A DNA stretch of 64,000 nt from contig OX337229.1 in NCBI GenBank assembly GCA_946965045.2, positions 62,001 to 126,000 on the forward strand, given 5' to 3'. Made by a program: the position numbers and the translations under genes. Positions 55,292-64,000 of this stretch are shown in pieces (within the stretch, counting starts at the first letter, position 1; the number at the start of each line of letters is the position of its first letter). The notes beneath the pieces were generated by a model. That model was not told where the DNA came from. It made no database searches and worked only from the letters and a program-made list of their open reading frames with translations. The stretch is from Epithemia pelagica. Lineage: Eukaryota > Protista > Bacillariophyta.

Positions 55292-57106
55292 CCACCTTCA
55301 CAATCCCAGGATCCGTCAAGTCCTTGTCCACTGGCCCCGTCATTGGAAACACCACCAACAATAACAACCAGAGGAGGAACCACCAGACTTTTGTGTGCAA
55401 CGGCACGAGAAGCCGAACCCAAACAGGAAGCTCCTCCTCCTCGAACCGGTCGAGACACAACCAATGATTCGGCCGCTGTTGCAGTGAAGCAAACCTTGAT
55501 GGAGTCCATTCACTTGTGGACTGGCAGCAACAACCACAACCGGATGCTGCCTCCAAATGACACGAGGAATCCGCAGCAGCCGAACAACGCACCCACTACT
55601 ACGGATCGTGAAAGGACGACGACCACCACCAACAACAACTACGACGACCAGTTGTGGCAACGGGGTCAATCGTACAAGGTGCAATTGTGGAAACAACTCG
55701 TTGAGTGTCAAGAACGATTGCACTCCAATCAAGAACGACTCCTCGTCCATCAACAAGCAGTGCATCGATTGGAAACCCAACACATCGTCTTGCTGGCCGA
55801 ATTGCAACATGTGCAACACTACAACTACTACTCCTTGGGTGCTGGTGGACGAAGAACCACTGTCGAGTCATTGCACGAATTGCCTCCCATGCGAGAAGCA
55901 GCCAACCACCATTCGAACAAGAATGACGATGAACCCGTGGACCGCAGGAATCACGAAAACCACGGCAACCACAACAACAACCAGGAGCAGGAGCAGATGG
56001 AGGAGAACACGGGGCGTGTCGTCCTGGACAAGAACAACGACAACAACAACACAAGCGACACCTCGGCATTGGATGGAGAAACAGAAATGGAATCGAATGA
56101 AACACAACAACAACAACAACAAGAAAGCAGTACAGACATGTTTCCTCCTCCTCAAGCACTAGCACCAGAACAAGAGCACTTACAACAAGAGCAACAACAA
56201 GGACCCGAAAAAGTCTATCCGACAGAGTCAGAGGAGGATACAAGTTCTTTGGATCGAAACGACTCGTCTTCGCACCACCCGGAACCCCCCCCCCCCATCC
56301 AGGAACCACCCCAGTCTAGTCTGGGCCGTCTCCTGGTCGATTTGTCCAAGGTGAAACAAGAAGAAGACACGATTCAAGAGTGGCCGGATCATGGGACATC
56401 TACTACCACTACGACACCACAGCAACAGCAGGATCACCGCCTCGACCAAAATTTCCGAGTCGGGGACGACCAACAAGGACTGGTGAGTGAGATCCATGAT
56501 CCTGCCGCACACACCACGGTACCCCACGATCGATCGGACATGACAACAACGAGACGAATGGAACGAAAACGCAAAGAACCGCCACCGTATGCCACCTTGG
56601 CCGCAACAAGAAGAATGGAAACTCTCTGGACGACAGAGGGCAGCGAGTCTCGGAGTCGTTCCAATCATGACACGGGGGGATTCATGAAGGAGGCCACGGC
56701 AAAACGACGGATTGCGGCTAGCAGCACTACTGCACAATCCTCCTCCTCTGCCTACTTACGGGCGGACCACCCGCTTTCTTCTTCTCCACGGCAGAGTTGT
56801 ACCTCCAATTGGGGAACTAGTGGTAGTAGTGGTGGTGGTTCCGCCAAAAACCCAGACGGTCCGTCCCAGCAACAACAGGAGGATCATCCGTCTTGTTGTT
56901 ATGCGTCCATGGTGGTCGACCCTCCTCGTGCTGCTTCTCTGCGAATGACCAGGTTTGCCGACGAGAAGCGAACCTTGCGAGAGGAGGCGTCGTCCCTCGA
57001 GTCTTGGAGTAGGAGGAGGAAGGATGCTCGGAGTAGTACCCGTCCTCCGTCTCGACTGGAACATGGTCGGTCCGACACGAGGTCAAAGGCTCATTCGACG
57101 ACGACG

Positions 57107-57143
<37 letters not shown>

Positions 57144-57370
57144 GGGAAGATGGAAAGACGGCGCTCTGCCGCTATTTTGCTCGGGGCTTTTGCATGCATG
57201 GAGCAAACTGCCGGTATCGTCACGAAGCCGAATCGCCCCCAACTGTCTCTCCTCCAACCACCAGCACCACAAGTCGTCCACCCATGACTGCACGAGACCA
57301 ACACAATCGTAGGGAAACATCACCACGCGCCTATTCGATCCACATCGAACAGGATCCTCATGGATTGTGA
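55202..57370 (+). CDS. CCCH zinc-finger protein with N-terminal coiled coil
   Basis: CRYFARGFCMHGANCRYRH (C-x7-C-x5-C-x3-H). First ATG at 55202. Confidence 0.85.
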
Positions 57371-58273
57371 AACAGCAACACTGTCGTAGACGACCCAAGA
57401 CCAAGTCTCTCCACCAGAGCTGTGATACGCAAAGAGATGGGGTGTTGACAATACAATCGATCCTTCCTGGCTACTTCACTATCTTGGAAAAGCACAAGAC
57501 TATATGATACTCAAAGAGACGTTGTGTTGGTACGAGAATCCAAACCTACAGACTACTAGGTACTATTGGAAAAGGACACTTTGTTCATGGCCTAGTGCTG
57601 TATTTATTCTGGTGGTGTGGTTTCAAGTGAATTGTTTACAAAAGCTGCCAACGAATGAATGTGTTGTTCGAGAACAATTTGTTTGCGCAGGAGGTTCATT
57701 CGGAAAGGAACAAGAGGGCGCATTGTTTGTTGTGTGATGCCAATCCTCTCGAACTATTTCCTCTCGAACTATGGCATCAGTGTCATTGGTTGCTATTCGC
57801 AATTTGGCGCTCCACACGTCTGGGATCATTGCGTCTGGGATCATTGCTCCACGTCTGGGAGTCCCACAAACCATTCACTCGGGAACAAATTTGTGCGCCT
57901 CGTTGTCCCCGCGGGAACAAATTCCGGGGGAGTCGTCATTCCTGACTGGCGATACTACATTTGGGGGGAGAAGAGGGCCCCATCATACACAATACACATA
58001 CACAACCGCACGAACGGTCCAAAAGTTTACACAAACACACACAACCACAACACACACACACATTCTCGTTTTCGATGACACCGAAGATTTGCTTCCCATA
58101 GGACCGAAACTCTCCCTCCAACGACAACCAACACCAACACACAACGACAGCACGCTCCGAAACCATTCCCACGCAGCGAGAAAGATCCACAAATCCAACA
58201 GTGGCGCACAGTGGAGAGCGAAATGGCCATTGCGGATTGAAAGAGAATTTTCCTTCCAAGAATCGTTCCGAGA

Positions 58274-60562
58274 ATGAGTGATTTGGACCATCCCTCATCA
58301 TTCGTTCGTCCTGCCGCCGTTGCGGCCCCTAGCACCATTAATAATGAGGATGGCCGTCTCAACCAAAGGATGCGAAACCCTGAAGCAACAGTATCACCCA
58401 CCATTCCGAAACCGCCAAGCCGTTCCATGGACTCGTTCCTTCCAACCGCAACAACAGCACAAACCGTACCACGTCCTGGTGCAGCAGCAGCAGCTGCTGC
58501 TGCCATTGGAGCGACTTCTGGACTGTATGAACCACGGCACCCCTTGGCAGCCGCCGCCGTACCGTGGAATCCCCCACAAGACCAGGACACGAAATCGCCG
58601 CGCCCAAACTTGGAACGATCCTCCGGGAACCAGGCCCGCTGCCAAACCGAGCTGTCCAGGAAGCACGCCCTGCAGTGTCTGTGGAAGGAATATGGCCAAC
58701 GGTACGAGCAATGGAAGCATCATCAAGCCCGACTGGCCGTTCATCAAGAGGCGATGCGACGATTGGAAGCGGAATGTGCCAGGTTGCTGTCCGACTTTGG
58801 CTCTCTGCCACACCACCAACCACCACCCTACCTTGCGCAATGGAAACAAGAAGAAGACACGGACCCGAAACCGAATGGCCCAGCAAAACCTCCTGCCATA
58901 GATCCACAAGCCAAGAGACCCATTCACAAGACTGCGGCCGTCACGGCACGGGAACCTGCCGTCCATTCTCCGCCGCGGCTCAAGACGGAACTGGTCCCCC
59001 CAGAGACTCTGGAGCCACCCCAAGACGACGACAAGGCCGTCGCGGTTGGAGCATCACTCGACGACGAACTGGTCTTTGACGATTCCGATCAAGTGGCCTT
59101 GTTTCAACAAGCGGTGCAGAATCAGGTGAAACAAGAAGAAACACCATTGTTCCAAGAGCAGCCTGTCCCAGCGAATCATGGCCCACAACCAGACACGACA
59201 CTTCCTGCTGCAGTTTCGGTTTCCACGGTACAACAACAAGAAGAACCACACCAAGAACAACAACAACAAGAAGAACAACCACAAGACGGTGAAGATGATT
59301 TTGTCGAACCAACGCAGAGGCAAGAAGCATCCCAGCCGGCCCTTGCAACGGAGCAAACGTCCATCCAAACTGCGATTCTCCGAAAAATCTATCAGCCTCG
59401 TGGATCCACGGATGACAACAGCAAGTCTGTACCCTACCAAGGACCAGCGACAAGTGTCGCCGCCAAGACTATGGCGGATTCGGTGCCACCCGACCAATCA
59501 TCCCGTGCCACACCAGAGCCCCAGGAACCGCCCAGTCTTTCCAACCCGTCCGGAAACACGGTCCATCGTGGCACAGTGAAAGGCGTGCCACCATCCAACG
59601 ATGGACCCACTGCATCAGGCGATGCGTTGGCATCGCAACGAAGAGGAACCAAGGCGGATTCGGTACAGCCATGCTTGACCGCAAAATCACGTTCTACTCC
59701 AGACGAGTCGAACCAACTACCGAGTCCTTCCACCCGCACGAAAAACAGGGAAAATGGTGCAACAGTCCAAGACCTGCCATCCTCCAAGGATTCTTGTGAT
59801 AATGCGTTGGCAATGGAACGACCCTGCTCCACGAATTCTGGCTCTGCACCGAATGCGGCACGAGATGGCCCGAGCACCAAGGCCGTGTCAGTTCCAAAGT
59901 GCTCGGCACAGAACCGGGTCAATAGTAGTGGTAGACGTCCTTCTTGTGAGAATGCGTTGGACCTGCCATCCTCCAAGGATTCTTGTGATACTGCGTTGGC
60001 AATGCAACGACCCTGCCCAACGAATTCTGGCTCTGCACCGAATGCGGCAAGAGATGGCCCGAGCACCAAGGCCGTGTCAGTTCCAAAGCGCTCGGCACAG
60101 AACCGGGTCAATAGTAGTGGTAGACGTCCACGTTCCAAACTGTTGGCGCGCATCACCAAGCCTCCCGTGAAGCGAAAGAAAGACGCTGTAGCCACCGATG
60201 CGGCGGATGATACTAGTTTGTCCCCCCGCATTCCCAAAAAGAAAAAGAAAACTGTAGCGACGAGCAATACAGCCTTGCTGTCGAATATGCCCGGTATAAC
60301 AATCAAGTCGAAGGAAACCCGCAGTTTGCCGGGACGACCCAAGGCGCCAGAAAATCGCCAAGACTCTGGTAAAAAGCCTTCGGTATGCCGTTTCTTTCCC
60401 AGCGGCAACTGTTGGCATGGGGCCAAGTGCCGGAATCTTCACGAAACGAACGCACCATCACTCGTGTGTCGGCCCACTTCCCGAAGCACCAACCCATCTA
60501 GTTCTTATGAACCTCGTGGTCGACCTGCCGCTTCCATCCAATGTGATCCACATGCCTTGTAG
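58274..60562 (+). CDS. CCCH zinc-finger protein, paralogue of 55202-57370
   Basis: CRFFPSGNCWHGAKCRNLH, a shared coiled coil and a C-terminal DPHxL. Confidence 0.85.
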   Translation: MSDLDHPSSFVRPAAVAAPSTINNEDGRLNQRMRNPEATVSPTIPKPPSRSMDSFLPTATTAQTVPRPGAAAAAAAAIGATSGLYEPRHPLAAAAVPWNPPQDQDTKSPRPNLERSSGNQARCQTELSRKHALQCLWKEYGQRYEQWKHHQARLAVHQEAMRRLEAECARLLSDFGSLPHHQPPPYLAQWKQEEDTDPKPNGPAKPPAIDPQAKRPIHKTAAVTAREPAVHSPPRLKTELVPPETLEPPQDDDKAVAVGASLDDELVFDDSDQVALFQQAVQNQVKQEETPLFQEQPVPANHGPQPDTTLPAAVSVSTVQQQEEPHQEQQQQEEQPQDGEDDFVEPTQRQEASQPALATEQTSIQTAILRKIYQPRGSTDDNSKSVPYQGPATSVAAKTMADSVPPDQSSRATPEPQEPPSLSNPSGNTVHRGTVKGVPPSNDGPTASGDALASQRRGTKADSVQPCLTAKSRSTPDESNQLPSPSTRTKNRENGATVQDLPSSKDSCDNALAMERPCSTNSGSAPNAARDGPSTKAVSVPKCSAQNRVNSSGRRPSCENALDLPSSKDSCDTALAMQRPCPTNSGSAPNAARDGPSTKAVSVPKRSAQNRVNSSGRRPRSKLLARITKPPVKRKKDAVATDAADDTSLSPRIPKKKKKTVATSNTALLSNMPGITIKSKETRSLPGRPKAPENRQDSGKKPSVCRFFPSGNCWHGAKCRNLHETNAPSLVCRPTSRSTNPSSSYEPRGRPAASIQCDPHAL
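59771..60129 (+). repeat. In-frame 189-bp (63-aa) tandem duplication inside the CCCH gene
   Basis: gacctgccatcc at 59771 and 59960. Confidence 0.95.
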
Positions 60563-60742
60563 TAGTTTCGTTCGGAGCGACTGTACGGCGAATAATCGGG
60601 TGGCACAAGTTTCACCTCAAAATCGCACATTTCCGAACACCAGCTGCTCCTGTTTGCGTTGCACAGTTCTGGAGTAAAAATGGCAGCACATTGAATGAGT
60701 ATCCTTGGTTTATCCATGCAGAGTATCCATGTAGCCTCGACA

Positions 60743-61213
60743 ATGCTTGGCCGTTTCGACGTTCGCAGAAGGCTCGTGGCACGTTGTATGGGGCATCGCT
60801 GCCTCAGTAGTATCCAGGCACCACTGCCCAAGAAGAATTGTGACCGAACGACTGTTTGGCGTCATTCGCAGTTCCCGGACTCCGAAAAAATCGGACTACG
60901 TCCCTTACCGGTGGTCCCAGTGTCGTTTGAACGTGACAACCGATCTCGGAACCAACGCCTGGCGAACCAAGGCGATCCGCACCGCCGCGAGTGTCCCGAA
61001 CTCGTGAAATGTCGGTCGACCAAGGACTTTGTCCGGTTTGCCCGAAAAAAGGGAGCGACGGTCGTGTTCACCAAGAACAATCATGTCAAGGTATCCCAAA
61101 AGGGCGTCACCAAAGGCTTTTGCTGATTTGGACGACCCCAAGCGCTCCTGAGAAGTGTAGCGAAGCAAAAAATTGAAGCCTACAAGGCCATGGGCATTGC
61201 CTGGAAAGAGTAG
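60743..61213 (+). CDS. HicA-like (alpha-beta-beta-beta-alpha) protein with mitochondrial-type presequence, interrupted by in-frame TGA at 61124-61126
   Basis: STKDFVRFARKKGATVVFTKNNHVKVSQKGVTKGFC*FGRPQALLRSVAKQ resembles the HicA pattern (helix-G, beta, H, beta, LRSIxKQ helix). Confidence 0.45.
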
Positions 61214-61931
61214 GAAGCACACCAGCCACCTTGCTAGGTCCGATATACCTCGTATTCCATGTAAGGACATGTCCTTGGCGGAGTTGGCTAGATGCATTGC
61301 GACAAAAACTCGCATTACTGGAGGAGCGTCAGTATGTTTTGGGGGGTAGAGCGGGTAGAGCCGATAGAGTTGGTTCATGCGTCCCCCGCTTTGTTGGCGA
61401 GGTGCGAGAAAATTCCCAGTCTGGGGGGGGGGGCGCGACAAACAATGCTTGTTCAGTATGTACTGCGTTGACCGTTGGCGAGGTGCAATGCTATTGTACA
61501 ACGTTCGCAGGGCATAGTTGAGATTTGACTGGTCGGCTCGGTGTGCGTCGGGGGAACTTTTGTGGTCATATATGAGGTCATCGTCATATATACAAGTGTG
61601 AATGTCGCAGGTAGCCGTTCAACGGCTCGTCCGGTGTTGACATTTCATAGGTGTTATTTGCTACTTGGGTCAATTTGAGGCTTAGATGTGTACTCTAGTT
61701 AAATCTAAGTATTCACAATTGCCCTTTAAGTAGCATGCGTAATTCGCTCAATCGTGTGGCCCACTCGGATGTAAATCGCACGACGAGAGAGTCCAATCAT
61801 CTCTCAGAGTCTTCACTGGAACACTGGAACACGGATGGAAAGTATGAAGCAGGGAGATGGAATCGACGGATGATGAGAACAACGCAAATAATACTGTTGC
61901 AGGTGAAGAAAGGCCATTGACCACCACCACC

Positions 61932-64000
61932 ATGGCACCCAATCCTCACGTTCGGACCGAGCCTCCAACAAAGAACAACACTACTCCATGTCATTCGCAA
62001 AACAACACTACCAGCCGTCGAATCATTGTGCCCAAGCCACGTGTCCTTTCTCCTCCACAACAACAACAACCACCTCCACAAGAACCATGGAATGGCAAAG
62101 CCTTTACTATGGCCCATGCACGACGACGACGACCATCTCCGCCCGACGCAGCACCTCCAGCGACGACGAATACTCTCTGCCCCCCAAAGACATCGATTCT
62201 GGTACGCCTGACGTGTCACATGATTGTCGATCATCGACTCCAACTCCAGAAACAACGACTCAGGAAATGCCAACACTATCATGAACAAAAGGTGGCCTAT
62301 CATGAGCAAAAGGAACGGTACCATCAACAACAATTCAAGTATCATGAGGAATGTTTGCACAAGGCACGACACGAGATTCAGAAACGAGAAACACGATGGA
62401 ATGGCAGAGGTGGAACTACTACTCTTATGCACGGTGAGGATCGAACGAGACGGGGCGTTCCGTCATCTCCTCCCAAAGCTCGACCCACTGCGCACCAAAA
62501 TGTCATTCACCAAACCCTCCGCAATCTAACAAGGGGAACACACACTCTTGTTCCACTAGGGAATCGTTCCAAAGAAGAACGATCACCAACAACGTTACAC
62601 AACCAAGGTTATTCCACCATGAAACGACCCCGCAACCACAGCCAAGGCTACGCTCCACAAGAAACAATAAGAACAGCAACGCAACATCATCATCATCATC
62701 ATCAACAACAGTCGGTGGGAACACGCATTGTCAAACCAGTGGCTCTCTCGACCACCGGAAGTCTCCGAACAACGACGAGAAGGGTAGACATCCTAGCTGA
62801 TGACCAAAGAGCGACACAGGAGCGACCTTCACCTCCTTCACGAACCGCGTCACAAGAAGCTAGCCGAGCTACTGTGACCATTGATGCAGAGCAATGCATA
62901 GAACCATCATCGCGACAACCACCTTCCAGTCGCCACCGGGAAAACAGCAATGGACATCCAAGCAAACCCCACCCGAACCATGATATTACACCACAGGAGC
63001 GGATAAAGAAAACAGGATCGCAGCCGACCATTGCCAATGCGGATTCAGTGGCTCCCCAGTACCACGAGAAGCAAACCGACGATCGTAGGGTGGTAGCAGC
63101 ACGACACACTACTGTGAATCATGGTGCCTCGAATAATCCTGTCGCGAATCGAGAAAGGATAGTGGAGAACAAGAAACAACAACAATATTGTGAACGAGAG
63201 GTACGAAATGGGAATCTATCCATGGCACTGCCACGTTGGCGAGCCATGGAATCAAATAAACCAGATCCTAGTATGCCTCCTAGATATGGTAAAAGTACTG
63301 GTTCCGACATGGCTTGTCCACAAGAAGAGCGCGAGGATGATTATGATCACGAGGGCACTATGGACGCGTCCGCCGATACTCGAACCAATGAAGCAGAACA
63401 CAAGGCTCCTACTGAGGATACGGTCGTCACAAATGACTCGCTCCAGGAGGACGAGGAGGATGCTACGTTCGAAAGCAGGGAGCCCACCAGTAAGGATGAA
63501 ACACAAGGAAAATGGAAGTGGCGTTCACAAGACTCTGCAGTACAGAGGCCAAGGGATGCACAAACGCCATCTCCTTATACAGACGTTGATGACAACCCAA
63601 TGAATCATGAAACTCATCAACAAGAGGATGAGGCTTCTCATGACTCTCCACGACCAAACTCTCTATATGCAGCCGTTAGTCAATTATCAGAGGAACAAGA
63701 CAAGGAGAAGGATCATCTGCGAGCTTCGGATCCTTCCTTCTACGATACCTCGGGCAATGACTCACAAGTAGAAGAAGAGGAATGGTCCCATGACGGCGAT
63801 GATGGTGACACACCCAGCATACAAGCCGAAAGCTCCTGGGACGAGGAAGATGAGGACGAGTATGACTACATGCAAATGCGCCGCTTTACGGCCCACTCGT
63901 ACCACACAGAAGCCATTGGTACCTTTCAGTCTCCAAGTACCATGAATGCCACAAATGAAGCTGAAGCATATTCTGTGGATAGCATCCGTGACAGCAACGA
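61932..64000 (+). CDS. Hypothetical low-complexity protein with coiled coil, 3'-truncated by the window edge (absent from the ORF track)
   Basis: Read by hand: the frame is open from ATG 61932 (MAPNPHVRT...) to the end of the window, at least 689 codons. Confidence 0.75.
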   Translation, partial: MAPNPHVRTEPPTKNNTTPCHSQNNTTSRRIIVPKPRVLSPPQQQQPPPQEPWNGKAFTMAHARRRRPSPPDAAPPATTNTLCPPKTSILVRLTCHMIVDHRLQLQKQRLRKCQHYHEQKVAYHEQKERYHQQQFKYHEECLHKARHEIQKRETRWNGRGGTTTLMHGEDRTRRGVPSSPPKARPTAHQNVIHQTLRNLTRGTHTLVPLGNRSKEERSPTTLHNQGYSTMKRPRNHSQGYAPQETIRTATQHHHHHHQQQSVGTRIVKPVALSTTGSLRTTTRRVDILADDQRATQERPSPPSRTASQEASRATVTIDAEQCIEPSSRQPPSSRHRENSNGHPSKPHPNHDITPQERIKKTGSQPTIANADSVAPQYHEKQTDDRRVVAARHTTVNHGASNNPVANRERIVENKKQQQYCEREVRNGNLSMALPRWRAMESNKPDPSMPPRYGKSTGSDMACPQEEREDDYDHEGTMDASADTRTNEAEHKAPTEDTVVTNDSLQEDEEDATFESREPTSKDETQGKWKWRSQDSAVQRPRDAQTPSPYTDVDDNPMNHETHQQEDEASHDSPRPNSLYAAVSQLSEEQDKEKDHLRASDPSFYDTSGNDSQVEEEEWSHDGDDGDTPSIQAESSWDEEDEDEYDYMQMRRFTAHSYHTEAIGTFQSPSTMNATNEAEAYSVDSIRDSN

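Noticed and set aside
23039-61126. Non-standard genetic code suggested by in-frame TAA, TAG and TGA in three genes
   Set aside because: ORFs of 500-1400 codons here have no internal stops, and all three codons also terminate genes normally. Isolated mutations or errors are more likely.
562-63657. Numerous long antisense or shifted-frame ORFs overlapping low-complexity genes (for example 562-1563, 19585-20565, 31707-32573, 59434-60426)
   Set aside because: Shadow ORFs caused by codon bias and trinucleotide repeats; no motifs.

Overview
Eukaryotic nuclear DNA, most likely a pennate diatom. This is inferred from short GT-AG introns (about 90-140 bp), a 2-TM guanylate-cyclase-like gene, a signal-peptide NiSOD, a signal+Phe plastid-type leader and many Q/T/N/D homopolymers. 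Recognisable genes are V-ATPase subunit e, a tandem RNase H protein, a class III cyclase (frameshifted), an O-fucosyltransferase-family protein, two globins (one with a premature TAG), NiSOD, a Crinkler-like NTPase+REase, two CCCH zinc-finger paralogues and a HicA-like ORF interrupted by UGA. Several large low-complexity hypothetical proteins are also present. The window is a local-rearrangement hotspot. Four times an unrelated cargo segment sits between a host gene and a direct-orientation partial copy of that gene. There is also a near-identical 4.3-4.5 kb duplication and a 1.7-1.8 kb dispersed unit present twice. Two repeat systems carry hairpins whose variation preserves pairing with strand-biased G.U wobbles. 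All calls come from reading the sequence and recalling family motifs; no searches or folding programs were run.
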